From Azolla caroliniana (lineage: Eukaryota; Plantae; Polypodiophyta): DNA of 64,000 bases. Location: NCBI GenBank assembly GCA_043228905.1, contig JBHGNT010000009.1, positions 11,408,001 through 11,472,000 on the forward strand. Reading direction: 5' to 3'. Numbering within the stretch: position 1 is the first letter of the stretch; each line of letters begins with the position of its first letter. A program made the translations under genes and the position numbers. Shown in pieces: positions 36,001-50,383 of the stretch. The notes below the pieces were generated by a model. It was not told where the DNA came from. It worked only from the letters and a program-made list of their open reading frames with translations, and searched no databases.

Positions 36001-38066
36001 TCGGTGGCAGGCCCGTTGGTCAACTTTCTTAGCCGACTATGACTTTGAAATTGTCTTTCGGCCGGGGGCACAAAACATGAAGGCTGATGCTCTTTCACGA
36101 CAGTCGGATTTTGAGTTGAGCCCAAGAGATGATGCTTATGCTCAACAATCTCAATGTTTGCTTAAACCAGATCAATTCCAGCTCTTCGCCACATGCATGC
36201 TCCATGATGACTCTTTGCTTGAGGAGATAGCCAAAGCACTTCCCACCGACAAATTCACCAACGCAATTCAAGAAGGTGTTATTGATCCGTCTAAATCCAA
36301 GACCAAGGAAGACCTTGACTGCTTCATATTCGAGGGGGGATTGCTTTATCGAGACTAACTCTTATATGTTCCGAAGGGCCGATGTCAAACTCAAGTTCTT
36401 CAAAAGTGTCATGATGACCCCTTGGCTGGTCTTTTTGGCGTTACAAAGACACTCGAATTAATCTCATGAGGATATTCATGGCCTCAACCATGGGATTTCT
36501 TCAAGGAATTCATCAAGACATGTGATACTTGTGCTAGATCCAAAGTCGTCCACCATAGGCCATATGGGTTGCTCCAACCACTTCCCATTCCCAACCGGCT
36601 TTGGGCATCAATTTCCATGGATTTCATCATTGACTTGCCTCTTGTCCACGGATATGACACAATGCTCGTCATGGTAGATCGGTTTACAGAGATGGCTCAT
36701 TTTGCCCCTTGTGAAAAGACTATTTCAACAGAAGCAACAACCGATCTATTTTTAAAGAATGTGGTGCGACTTCATGGGGTCCCAAATGGTGTCACCTCAG
36801 ATCGCGGACCCCAATTTGTCTCTCATTTTTGGCGGCAACTCCTTCAAACTTTGGGCACAAAAGTGAATTTGTCTTTGTCCTACCATCCTCAAACCGATGG
36901 CCAAACGGAGCGGGTGAACCAAATTCTTGAGCAATACCTTCAATGTTTGCTTAGCCACCAACAAGATGATTGGGTTGACCTCCTACCCTTGGCAGAGTGC
37001 ACATATAATAATACGCTACATGGTTCAACTAGGGTCACCCCATTTTTCGCCAACTATGGTTTCCATCCTCGCTTCAGTATTTCCATCCATGGCAACTCTG
37101 TCAACCTGTCAGCGGAAGGACGTGCTCGTATTTTAGCCGACATTCATCAAGACCTCTCCCTCAAACTCGTCCTTGCAGGGGACCAGTATAAAGCGCAAGT
37201 TGATCGACATCGTTCCGCTACACCTGCCTTTGCAGTTGGTGATCAAGTTTGGCTCTTACGGTGCCATGTCGATACTACTCGACCTTGCAGAAAGTTGGAT
37301 TACAAGAAGTTGGGGCATTTGCGCATCATTGAGTGTATCAATACTGTCACTTTCCGGATTTCATAATGTCTTCCGTGCCTCTCTTCTTGAACCTTATCAT
37401 CCACCCACTATTCCTAGAAGACACTCTCCACCTCCACCGCCAATTGAGCTTTCCACAGGTCAGGAGTATGAGGTGGACAACATTCTGGACTCTCATTGGC
37501 ATCGACGACAACTTCAATACTTAGTCCTATGGAAAGGGTAACCCATTTTAGAGGCAACTTGGGAACCAACCCAACACTTGGAGAATGCACCAGATGTTGT
37601 TCATGTATTTCATCACCAATATCCACAAAAACTAGGGAGGCACCTTCAGAGGCGGCCTTAGCAGGGGGATAATGTCATGGACATGTTCGAACTCCTGACC
37701 TACTATATTTAATCAATATGTTTTAACCAATACATCCAAAACATAATCATGTTACCTTACTAGATTACTATAGATTATCTATTCTACATGTAGGATTTTA
37801 GAAGCTTCCAGAAAGCTCTAGAAGCTAGAACATTCTACAAGCTTGTGCATGAAAATGAGTCTTTGCATGGGGCTACATTTAGAGCCCATAAACATGTATA
37901 AATACAGGGGTTCACCTTGGACTTAGTCAAGGTGAACAACACCAGTTACGGAATCATAATTCAGTTCTTGTTCTCTTGACTACTTTCTCTCTCTCTTTCT
38001 TATTATCTTGTCTATGATCTTTCTCTCACTCTCTTAGTATTGAGTCTCGTCTACTTGTCCGTGACA
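33048..38066 (+). mobile_element. Ty3/gypsy chromovirus (element F, Tcn1-like) inserted in gag of C
   Basis: LTRs 33048-33451 and 37673-38066, TSD GTGGC. Gag, partial protease, RT (VIYLDDILVFS), RNase H, integrase (SISMDFI, SDRGPQF, HPQTDGQTE) and chromodomain EYEVDNILDSH...YLVLWKG...TWEP. PPT AGGGGGATAA. No tRNA PBS. Confidence 0.95.
33454..33464 (+). promoter_or_regulatory. Self-priming site of element F
   Basis: TTGTTCACCTT, 2 nt after the LTR end, is the exact complement of AAGGTGAACAA at 33312-33322. Confidence 0.82.
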
Positions 38067-40701
38067 GTGGCCAAGGATGAGGTCGCGGCGATAGAAGAGG
38101 TCGATTCGACCCATCTCACAAAGGGAACTCAAACCTTCGACAACAAGACGGAAGCTATCGAGGAACCTTTGGACGAAGGGGAAGCTTCCATCCCGAACAA
38201 GGTTGGCAAACGATACCCGCTACTTGCAACTATTGCGGCAAAATCGCCCACCGTGAAGAGGAGTGCCAATAGAAGAGAAGTGAGTCGGCTTCGACAAGCC
38301 GACAACTCACAAACTATGCCACGAGTTACGAATACGACAACCACAGTGGACTATTCATAATGAGACATAGAGCGAAATCTATGTTGGCCACCAACTCCAC
38401 AAGCACTTCCAACTCAGAAGACGTATGGTTCGTCGACTCTAGCGCCTCACATCATATGACATCACACCAAGAGTGGTTTCGTGACTTAAGAATGCAAGAT
38501 CAGCCCGGCTACATAGAGACGGGAGTTGACACCCCACATCCCATTGGGCACATCGGTAACATTCCATTCGGCAATGACGGCAAAAACAATTGTATCAAGA
38601 ATGTCTTGCACGTGCCTACAATAACAAATAATTTGGTCTCCGTCGGCCAAATCGTGGAGCAAGGAATGCAAGTTCGTTTCAACAATGAAGGATTCTTTAT
38701 AGAAAAAGATGGCCGACTCAGAGCTTGGGGACGGAAAGAAGGCCGGATGTTTATTCTCGATTCGGACGAGGTAAAATCGGCCATGTATGCCAAAGGTTTC
38801 AAAACTAAGACGAACATCGAGTTGTGGCACAACAAAATCACCACATAAACCTCGAACTTCTTCGAGCGATGCAATCAAAGGGAGTCGTCATTAGACTTTT
38901 GGCCTTTGAGTTGAAACGAGTCAACCGAGTGTGCGAAGCATGTCAACTCGGAAAACAACATTGACTCCCATTCCCAAAGGAGAGCTACGTAAGCAAAGGC
39001 CTCCTTGATGTCATCCACTTGGATGTATGGGGACCGGTTCAAACGCCGATGATCGGAGGATGCTGGTACTACGTTACCTTCATCGACAACTACTCTCACT
39101 ACACGTGGATCTTCCTAATGAAGAAGAAGAGAAAAATGCGTTCCCACTTTCAAAAGCTCAAGAGCCAAGTCGAAAAAGAAACCGGTTGGCACATTCGATG
39201 CCTACGATTGGATGGAGGAAAGGAGTACTTCTCAGAAGAATTCATCTCCTACCTCCAAGGTGAAGGTATCCGGACTCTAGAGAGAATTCTCATGCTGACA
39301 CACGTCCCAACAAAATGGAGTAGCTGAAAGAAAAAATTGGCACATACTCGAGGTTGCACGCGCCATGATGCATGAGAAGCACATGTTGAACTTCTATTGG
39401 GCTGAAGCAGCATCCATAGTTGTCTATCTCATGAACCGGTGCACCACTAATGGAGTGCATGAGCTAACTCCATATGAGCTCCTTGTTGGAAGGAAGCCGA
39501 TCCTGTTGCACCTCAAAGTGTTCGGATGCATTGCGAATGTACACATGCCGAACGAAAAACAATAGAAGCTCGACGCGAAGTTGGAGAAATGTGTCCTCGT
39601 AGGATACCTGCCCAAGAAAAAGGCATACAAGTGCTTCAACCCTTCGACCTGAGTTGTTTGGGTAATTCGAGACGTAGTTTTCAATGAATCAACATCTTGG
39701 TATAAGCCCGATTCGTCTCCATCCGAACCGACTGAAAAAGAGTTCGACGTCAACTCGGATGAAGATATTCGGCCAAGTCCTTTACCAAAGGACAATCCAA
39801 GATCTATTGAGCTTAGTGAACCACATGAGCCTTCACGTGACCACAACACGTCACGGCCAAGTCCAAAATTGGACAAAGGCAAAGGTAAGATGCCCGAATA
39901 CGAGGTCGACCACCCCAACGATAGTGATTTGGTGTGTTAGCTCGCTCACTAGACAGTGAGTTTGGTGTACCCATCATGGGGACACCCAGTGTAAAGAAGG
40001 CACTCACGTCGGCAAATCAAAACTTCGACGCTCATCTAGAGAGAAGAACCTGGTCACTGAGTTCGGTTACAACGAGTATATGGCCCATCACTATGCCTTC
40101 GCGATGAAGGGGGTGGCTGAATGAGAGCTTGAAAGCTTTACGAAAGCATCTCATGACCACCAAGGGATGGAAACCATGGATGACGAGATGCAAGTACTCG
40201 GCCTTCGACCATTTAGCGCTACAAGCCTTCGTCATAGGCTTGAGGGGGAGGAACCGAAAATGGCACGAAAATGCTGAACTAAAACTGACATCGAAAGCTA
40301 GACAACACCGAAAGGAAAACTGGATGTCGGACGCCTCACACTTGAGCATGAGGGGGCGTGTTGAGATATCAAGATCAACTAGGTTTGGCTACTTAGTCAA
40401 CCATGTAACTTAGTAGTTACATCATTAGAATCTAGTTAGAAGTGTTGACCTTAAAGTCTTAAATAGGATTTTGTACTTGAGTGGGATACATTCTAGATCC
40501 TCCACTACCAAGTTCATTGAATATAGGACTTACATCCTTGTACCTATATTCTCCTCACACATGTGCACCCTTGCACATGAGAAGTATATATACCACATTG
40601 TGGGTATTGTTGTATTTTGATGCTTATTAATATAGAGAAAGGTCTTTAGCTACACTCTTGTTAATCATCCCCCATTTATCTTATTGTTCATAAGTGTAAC
40701 T

Positions 40702-40732
<31 letters not shown>

Positions 40733-40995
40733 ACACACACACATACCATATAATCTTATGCGACTTAATCACATACGTGATTAACTACTCACATAATTAG
40801 AAACTAATTAACCCTTGTTAATTACCTAATTATTAACATATAATAACAATAATAACAACTACATTTGTAAATAGCCCATACTGTGTATGAGTATGAATAC
40901 ACCTAGGGCAACCATTATGATGTGATGTGAGTTAGAGCTTCTATAGATGTGTGCAGAAGTGAGAGCAACAAAGACTAGGATGAGACACGAGAGTG

Positions 40996-41054
<59 letters not shown>

Positions 41055-42839
41055 CAGAGTTTAGTGAAACTTGCCTAAACCCTAAGCAGGTATTCTCTGT
41101 TTTACAGAGACTTGTAAATCTTTTTTTTGTACCTCTGTTCATAGTGAAAATGCGTCCCGTGGTTTTTCCCATTTTAGGGTTTCCACATAAATATTGTGTA
41201 CTGTGCATTTTTTGTTTGATTTTCGGTTTTCTATTTCCACGTTGTGTACTATTTCAGCCTATCTTTCTCACAGATCTATGATCCGAACACATCAAATTGG
41301 TATCAGAGCGTGAGGTGCAAGAATGGAAGGAGGTGTGAGTGGCTTCCCAAGTATGATAGTCCTAAACTCACACAACTACTGTGACTGGAAGATCAAGATG
41401 GAGGATCTTCTGATAGTCAAAGATCTGTACGATCCCATCAACAGAAGTGAAACACCCATAGGGGTATTGGAGTTTGAATAGAAACCCCTAAATAGGAAGG
41501 CAGTGGCCACCATCAAACAATGTGTAGACGTGAGCGTCCTACATCATGTTGCTAACAACACAAACGCCTACGAAATGTGGCACAAACTGTCGGGGTTGTG
41601 CGAGAAGAATAATGCCCTCAACAAAACCTCTCTAATGAGAACGATCGTGAGACTAAAGTATAGAGATGGAGAAAGCATTTTCGTACACATTAACATCTTT
41701 ATGGGGTTGGTGAATCAACTTGCACCATCAAAGTTCCCATTAGATGATGTTATGCAGGCATTATTGCGGTTATGTACCTTGTCGGACAGCTGAGAGTACA
41801 TGGTGGTGTCTCTCTATACCCCGTGCCAAGAAGAAAACTTGTCCTTGCAAGTGGTAAAGACAAGTATCCTAAACATGGAGACAAGAAGGAAGGACAATGG
41901 TGTCTTGTCCCAGTCGGAGGCAAATATGGCTCAAAATCCCGGCAAAGGAAGAAGCAAGCAAAGAATTCCACAAAGGAGAGGCAAGTCTTAGGCCAAGTCC
42001 AAGTCCAGAGGAAAGCTCACATGATTTAATTGTGGAAAACTTGGACATTTTCGAAAGGATTGTCGACACCTTAAGAAAGATAAAGGTGCCTCTAGTGATG
42101 TCGAACCCAGACAGATTCCTGATGAGAAGGGTACTTCAGCTATGGCTACAAGTGAAGAAGAGCTTATATTCATTTGCGAGCAAGCGAATGAAAACCTTGC
42201 AAATGAAGAGTGCAGTTGGGTGATTGACTCTGGTGCATCGTTCCATATAACTCCCTTGAGAGAGTGCTTCTCTTCTTACACAGTCGGTGATTATGGGCAT
42301 GTAATGATGGGAGGTAATGGAGCATGCAAAGTAGCCAACATAGGAAGTATATGTGTTACAACATCGATTGCTTGTAGATTGATCCTAAGGGATGTTCGAC
42401 ATATACCTGATATCAGGCTGAATCTGATATTGACTGGAAGATTGGACAATGACGGCTATAGTTGTAGCTTTCAAAATGGCATGTGAAAGTTCTACAAAGG
42501 AAGTCTCATAGTGACTCGAGCATAGAAACATGGCATACTGTATGTGATGCATGCCAAGTTGTGCAAGAACGAAGCAAACGTGGCCGCTGACTCGAGTAGA
42601 GAGTTATGGCACAAGAGGCTTGACTACATGAGTGAGAGAAGCATGCATATCGTTGACAACTAGAAACTTCTACCAGAAGTAAAAGGAGCGCACTTGGAGA
42701 GATGTGTCAATTGCTTGGTCGAAAAGCAGAATAGAGTTACGTTTCACTCAAGACCACAGAAGAGAAGAGAAGTTGCACTGGAACTGGTCCACAGATGTGT
42801 GCTACGTGGATGGTCCATCGCATCATGGCGATGGAGCAT

Positions 42840-44696
42840 ATCAAAATGGAGCAACAATTCTTCTTGCTTTATTCCCAGTTCATTGAGAAAGCTCTTCATC
42901 CATATCACTCCTTGCCAACCTCTATAGCAGCCATGTATTCGGCCTCTATGGTCGACAAGGCCATAGTCTTCCACAGTCTTGACTGCCATGACACTGCTCC
43001 CCATGCATAGGTCACACATAGCCTGATGTGGATCGGCTTGAGTCTATGTCCCCCGACATGTCTGAATTGGTAAAACCTTCGAGCATAGGTTTTCCGAAAC
43101 CATACCTAAGGCACACCCTTGAGGTGCCTTTCAAGTACTGAGTATCCATTTTACTACTGCCCAATGTTCTCAACCCGGATTACTCATATATCAGCTCACC
43201 ATTCCGACTGCAAATGCTATGTCTAGTCTCGTACAGACCATAGCATACATTAAACTGCCGATGGCCGAAGCATATGGTACTTTCTCCATCTCGGCCTTGT
43301 CCTTCTCCCCTTTTCGACATTGCCTAGCATTCAACTTACAATTGGTCGGCAATACAGACTCGACTGGTTTGCTTCCGACATGTTGAATCTTTCCAAGATC
43401 TTTGTCACATATTTCTCTTGTGACAACCATATCACATTCTTAGTTCTGTCTTAAACTATGTGCATCCCCACGATCTGTTTGGCCGGTCCAAGATCTTTCA
43501 TGGCAAAAGGCTTGCTTAAGGCTCTCTTCAACCTCACAATCATCTTGGTATCTTGACCGACCACTAACATGTGATCTGCATATAGTAAGAGAATCAAGAA
43601 GTCACCATCATTGTACCTTTTGACAAACACACAATGATCAACTTGTGTTTTATGGAACCCATGTTCCAGCATGAAGGATTTGAACTTCTTGTACCATTGA
43701 CATGGGGCTTGTTTTAGACCATACAAGCTTTTCCTTAGTCGACACAGCTGATTCTCTTTTCCTTTCTCCACAAAACCTTCATGCTACTGCATATGGATCT
43801 CTTCGTCTAATTCCCCATGCAAGAATGTTGTCTTGACATCCAACTGCTCTATCTCCATATTCATACTAGCAGCAATACCTAGCACTCTTTGAATGGATAT
43901 CATCTGTACGATTTGTGCGAACATCTCATCAAAATGGACCCCTTTCTTCTATTGAAAACCCTTTACTACGATTCAAGCCTTGTATCTAGGTGAGCTACCA
44001 TCTTCTCCATTCTTCAGCTTGAAGACCCATTTGTTTCTCAGGGCTCTCTTACCTTTCGGTAATTCCACCAAGTCGTAAGTGTAGTTCTTGTGCAAGGAGT
44101 CTATCTTGTCTTACATTGCACTCTGCCACTTCTCCTTACATTCTTCTTCCATGGACTCCTCATAACACTCTCGCTCATTTTCATCAGTCAATAAAACATA
44201 TTGACTGGCGTATCATGAGGGTTCTCTCCTTTGCCTAAGTGGAGATCTTCAACTTCCCATTGTCGGCTCATGTTTGGATGTGTCCGCCGACTCTTCATTC
44301 GGCTCGGGTTCATGCAAGTCGATTGATTGTTGAAAATCAATCAACTCCGACTCATATGCGTCAATCGACTTTAGAAGGTCATTGCTCGAGTCAGCTGCGT
44401 CATAAATATTAGTCGGTTGCTCGAGTTAGCTAATTCCGATTCGGTTGTGCCGTCTGATTGTCTCCTAATAGTCGACTGGGAAATGGGTTCTGACTTTTGT
44501 TGTTTCTAGTCCTCGATTTTCTTGTCTTCCAAGGACACGATGCCCCAACTCCTCATCACCTTCTTGCCGAGTAAGTCCCAAATCCTGAATCCGAATTCAT
44601 CCTTCGAGTACCCCAGGAATATGCATGGTTTCGACTTGTTGTCGAACTTCAACCTCTAATCCTTGGCTACATGCATATATGCCAAACATCCGAACA
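42840..44696 (-). pseudogene. Inverted copia pol segment (integrase tail, RT, part of RNase H) inside element A
   Basis: Minus-strand ORFs with FGIYAC/FGCLAY, LYGLKQAPCQWY, VPYASAIGSLMYAM and LGIKQEELLLHFD, inside a plus-strand element and with no LTRs of their own. Confidence 0.88.
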
Positions 44697-45302
44697 TCGT
44701 CAAGTGTTGATAGTGTTAGGAATATCTCCCTCCAGTGGGAGGAGCTGACTGCTCGGAGAGAGCCGACAATCGAAGACAAGGGAGCAACCGACTGGTCGGA
44801 TGAGAGCCAACAGTCGAGGAGTCAACTATGAGAGAGTCTACATGGAGAGTTGATCGAGGTCGAAGACACGACTAGCTAGTCGGCCCGACCGGATGGTCGA
44901 TGAGCAGGGTGACTAGTCGAACCGACCCGACAATCGACGAATGAGTCGACTAATTAGTAAGATTATTATTATTATTATTAGATAATAATAATGGCCATGA
45001 TTGTAAATAGCCCATTCTGTGTATTAGTATAAATACACCTACGGCAAACATGAGATGTGAGTAGAACAGAATACTGTATGTACAGAGAATAGTGAAGTGA
45101 GAGCGCTAGAGGAAACTATGAGCGTAATCGGCGTCATAGCTAGGAAGTTCTGAATGCCAAGAGCCCTGTGAGGTTGTTACACTTTGTAGGAAGAGTGTTG
45201 TAACCTGTTATGGCCTATATATTCTCAATATAGTGGAATCTCTATTCCCGTGGTTTTCCTCGTTTAGGGTTTTCACGTAAAATCGTGTGCACAGTGGAGT
45301 TT

Positions 45303-48300
45303 TGAAGTTAAATCGTTGTCGGCCACAACTGGTTTCTCGTGTGCGGAATAATAGTCAATCTAATGGAAAGGAAAAACAAAATACAGAAACTAAGAATGAC
45401 ACAAATTTTAACGTGGAAACCCGAACTAGGAAAAACCACGTAGAGTCCACAAACTCTGAAACAGAACACTATAAGAGAAAGGAATACAATCAGAGATCTC
45501 AGAGGCAACAACCTCGAGATCCTGCTTCACCAACAAGCGGCTATGGAGCTCACACGCTTCCACTCACACTCGTTCACTCTCACAGTTACAGAGGCAACAA
45601 CCTCGTCAACAATAACTTTAAAATAACGCACTTATCTAACATGATTGCCCTAAGTACTTATATACTAATGTAACCTTTCAACTATTTACAAACTTAGCCT
45701 TCCGTGTTGGCTATCTCCACGATTTCCGGTTTCAGCCTCCGTCGAGTTGCTCATCAACACGGTTCTTCTCACTTCCCATCCGGAGGGACCTGTTTCCTAA
45801 CAAACTCCCCCTTCACTCCAGCATGAGATGTCTTACTAGTCCGATCCGCTTCCAACATGCATCCAGCTTGTCGGGTATCAGTACTTTGGTCAGCATATCT
45901 GACCCGTTCTTAGCCGTGTGGATCTTCGTCAACGCAAAATATCGATCTTCTACTCGCTCCTGGATCCAGTGATACCTACGTTGGATGTGCTTCATCCTAG
46001 AATGGTATGTTGCATTCTTAGTGAGGTGGATGGCACTTTGACTGTCGCAATAGAGCTGGTATTCATCTTGCCGAATACCGAGCTCTCCGATGAAGTCCTT
46101 CATCCATAATATTTCCTTGCCGGCTTCAATATCCGCCATGTACTCTGCCTCCGTGGTTGACAACGCAACCGTCTTCTGCAGCCTCGACTGCCATGAAACA
46201 GCTCCCCCTGGATATGTCATTACATACCCGGATGTAGACCGGATGGTATCCACATCAGCCGACATATCCGAATCGGTAAAACCGTCAAGTTGAGGTTTAC
46301 CGGAGCCGAATCGGAGACACATATTCGAAGTGCCCTTCAGTACCGGAGTATCCATTTGACCGCATTCTAGTGCTCCTTGCCGGGATTGCTCATAAACCGG
46401 GTCACCACTCCGACTGCGTATCCAATATCTGGTCGACTACACACCATTGCGTACATTAAGCTCCCGACGATAGAGGCATATGGAACCTTCATCATATCCG
46501 CCTTCTCTACTTTCGTCTTCGGGCTTTGCTTACCGGATAATCTGCAATTTGCCGGGAGTGTCGATCTGACCGGTTTCGCTTCTAACATGTTGAACCGTTG
46601 AAGCACCTTTGTCACATATTTCTCCTGTGACAACCATAATTGCTTCTTTGACCAGTCCCGGATGATGTGCATCCCCAGTATTAGTCTTGTCGGGCCCAAG
46701 TCTTTCATTGCGAAAGTTCGGTTGAGAGCCTTCTTCAGCATCCATATTTTGGCTTGGTTCCGTCCGACGATCAACATGTCGTCCACGTACAGAAGGAGTA
46801 TCAGGAAGTCGCCTCCTTCGAACTTCTTCACAAACATGCAGTGATCGGTTTGCGTTTTGTGATACCCTTGGTCGGTCATGAAGGAGTCGAACTTCTGGTA
46901 CCATTGTCAGGGAGCCTGCTTCAGTCCATACAGGCTCTTCTTCAACAGGCAAACCAGATGCTCCTTCCCTTTCTCCACGAATCCTTCCGGTTGCTGCATG
47001 TAGATCTCCTCTTCGAGATCACCGTGAAGGAATGTCGTCTTCACGTCCAGCTGCTCTACCTCGAGGTCCATGCTTGCCGCTATAATTAGCACCGTTCGGA
47101 TGGAAGTCATCTTTACTACCGGGGCAAATATCTCGTCGAAGTCGACGCCCTTCTTCTGCTGGAACCCCTTCACCACGATCCTGGCTTTGTATCTCGAGGG
47201 GTTGCCGGCATCTCCTGGTTTCAACTTGTACACCCACTTGTTTTGGAGTGCCCTCTTTTCTTTCGGCAACTCCACCAATTTGTACGTATGGTTCTCAGGC
47301 AGGGAATCCATCTCATCTTGCATGGCACTTAACCATTTGCGGCTATGGGCGTCACTTTTAGCTTCCTCGAAGCTTTCTGGCTCCCCCTCATCGGTTAGCA
47401 ACACGTGCTCTGGATCCGGAAATCTCCAGGGGGCCCTTCTCTCTCTGAGAGGATATCTGCGTCCTTGGGCTTCGGTAACCGGCTCCTCCATTTGTTCTTC
47501 ATCCGAATCCGATTCGAGGTCTTGTCTGGTTTCGGTTTCACCTATTCCTTCTTCTTCGGCCGGTTTTGTCTCCTCATTGTCACCGGTCGGTTCATCGAGT
47601 GCTAACCGGCTTCTTGCCGGTTGGAACTGCATTTCATCAAATCGAAATTTTTCCGTACTGGTCGACTCAGAGTTCATTATCTTCTTCTCCAACTCCTAGT
47701 CGGTGAGCGTCTTGTCCTCCATGAAGATAATATCTCAACTCCGAAATACTTTCTGGTCGACCGGGTCCCACACTCGGTAGCCGAACTCATCGTCGCCATA
47801 ACCGAGTAATATGCATGGTCGGGTCTTCGGATCTAACTTTCCTCTCCGGTCCTTAGCTACATGTACGCAAGACACCCGAATACCTTCAGATGCTGGTAAG
47901 ACACTTCCTTACCAGTTCAGACTCTCTACGGCGTGTCTCCGTCCAAGGGTACTGAGGGTGATATGTTTATCACATATGTCGTCGTAGACAATGCCTCAGC
48001 CCAAAACGTCTTGGGTAATTTTGCATGCGCCAACATACTCCGAACCCTCTCCATTATGGTTCGGTTCATCCTCTCGGCCAACCCGTTTAGTTCTAGCGTC
48101 TTCGGCACGGTAAATTTGAGCTGGATTCCCTTCGAGCGACAGTACTCCTCGAACTGCCCCCGATATTTTCCTCTGTTATCTACTCGAACCGCCTTTAGCT
48201 TCCGGCCGGTTTCTCTTTCCACTCTTGCGTGGAGCTCTTTGAAGACGAATAGCACCTGATCCTTCGTCTTCAACGGTGTGGCCCACAGCTTCCGGCTGTG

Positions 48301-50383
48301 GTCATCTATGACCATCACGAAGTACTGCGATCCGGCATGTGACTTCGTGTCCACTTGACACACATCAGTATGCACCAACTCCAGTGGTGCATTACGTCTC
48401 ATCGGTGGCCTCGATCGGAAGGAGGTCCGGTTTTGTTTACGGGCCAGACAATCAGTGCACTTCTCCAAGTGCACGTTCTTCACTGGAATGAGGTTGTCGT
48501 CTGAAAGCCTCTTCATCCCCTTCTCGCTCATGTGACACAGCCTCTTGTGCCACAGCTCACCGGCAGTGTTGGATGCCATGTTCACTTCCTCCGGACATAA
48601 CCAGGCATTCATCAGGTATAACATGTTGCCTTTCCAGGCCCGAGCCACAATCAGGCTCCCTTTGCTGAACTTCATAACACCGTTCCGGATGCTACCCGTG
48701 TAGCCTTCATCATCTAACCGACCGGCTAATATTAGGTTCAATCAGACCTCCGGAACATGTCGAACATCCTTCAGCAGCATCTTGCATCCGGTTGATGTCG
48801 TCAACCACACATCTCCTATGCCGACAATTCGGCATGTACCTTCATTCCCCATCCGAACACGGTCGTGGTCACCGGCCGAGTAGGATGAGAAGCATTTTCT
48901 ATCCGGGGTCAGGTGGAACGACGCTCCGGAATCAACCACCCAGGTCATCTCGTCGCCGGCAAGGTTCAGCTCACTCTCCTCGGTGATAAGCATTAGCTCC
49001 TCTTCGTTTGCCACGATAGCCGTCGTTCCTTTCCGGTCCTGCCCTCGCCGATCCGAACCATTTCGGTCTGATGACTTCTTCGAATTGGTACTGTCGATTT
49101 CCTTGTCTTTTCGGAAATGTCGACAGTTCTTCTAGAAGTGCCCCGGCTTCCCGCAGTAGAAGCAAGTAGGCCTCCCTCTTGACTTTGACTGTGTCCCCGA
49201 TTTTTCCCGGTTCTGGGGACTCCGGTTCCTTTGTCTTCCACGTTCCGATTCGGAAAGGTGCGCTTTTGAGTCGGAGATCGGTTCCTTGTCCTTCCGACGC
49301 GTCTCCTCGTTCAGGATGCTTGTCTTGACCGTCTGCAAAGACAAGTTCTCTTCTTGGCAGGAGGTGCTAACCACCAAGTTCTCCCAGCTTTCCGGCAACG
49401 TGCACATCAGCATGATTGCCTGCATTGCATCATCCAATGGGAACTTGATCGTTGCAAGTTGATTTACATACCCGATGAATGTGCTTACGTGTTCAACCAT
49501 GCTCTCGTCGTCTCTGTATTTCAGGTTTACTATTTTCCTCATTAATGAGGTTCTGTTCAGCGTATTCTTCCTCTCATAAAGACCCGACATCTTCTGCCAC
49601 ATCTCGTGGGCATTCGTGTCGTTCGTAGTGTGTTGAAGGACACTTACGTCGACACACTGTCGGATAGTGGCCACGGCTTTCCTATTCAGAAGTTTCCAAT
49701 CCGACTCCAATACCCCCTTTGGTATTTCCAATCTGTCGATTGGCTCGTACAACTCTTTTACAATGAGAAGGTCTTCCATCTTAATCTTCCAGTCTGCATA
49801 GTTCTATGAATTTAGAACCATCATACCTTGGAAACCGCTCCCGCCTCCTTCCATTTTCTATGTTGCTCGCTTTGATACCAGATTGAAGTTAAATCGTTGC
49901 CGGCCACAACCGGTTTCTCGTGTGTGGAATAATAGTCAATCTAATGGAAAGGAAAAACAAAATACAGAAACTGAGAATGACACAGATTTTAACGTGGAAA
50001 CCCGAACTGGGAAAAACCACGTGGAGTCCACAAACTCTGAAACAGAACACTATAAGAGAAAGGAATACAATCAGAGATCTCAGAGGCAACGACCTCAAGA
50101 TCCTGGTTCGCCAACAGGCGGCTATGGAGCTCACATGCTTCCACTCACACTCGTTCACTCTCACAGTTACAGAGGCAACAACCTCGTCAATAGTAACTTT
50201 ACAATAACGCACTTATCTAACATGATTGCCCTAAGTACTTATATACTAATGTAACCTTTCGACTATTTACAAACTTAGCCTTCCGGGTTGGCTATCTCCA
50301 CGATTTCCGGTTTCAGCCTCGGCCAAGTTGCTCATCAACACTGTTCTTCTCACTTCCCATCCGGAGGGACCTGTTTCCTAACA
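45303..50383 (-). mobile_element. Full-length Ty1/copia element D inserted in the 5' LTR of B
   Basis: 500-bp LTRs 45303-45802 and 49884-50383 (about 22 mismatches by hand count, mostly transitions). TSD AGTTT, PBS (reverse complement) at 49869-49880, PPT (reverse complement) at 45805-45814. Gag, CCHC knuckle, WVVDSGAS, integrase, LLLYVDD and RNase H, with a few stops. Confidence 0.96.

Larger units (their letters stand above)
31794..40838 (+). mobile_element. Ty1/copia element C inserted in the 5' LTR of A; lacks RT and RNase H
   Basis: LTRs 31794-32253 and 40359-40838, TSD TATAA, PBS TGGTATCA at 32254. Gag, protease (WFVDSSASHHM) and integrase (DVWGP, YYVTFID, LRLDGGKEY). PPT GAGGGGGCG. 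Confidence 0.93.

Noticed and set aside
45287-50254. Two near-identical ~125-aa ORFs (45287-45673 and 49883-50254) that look like a gene duplication
   Set aside because: They are antisense readings of the two LTRs of element D.
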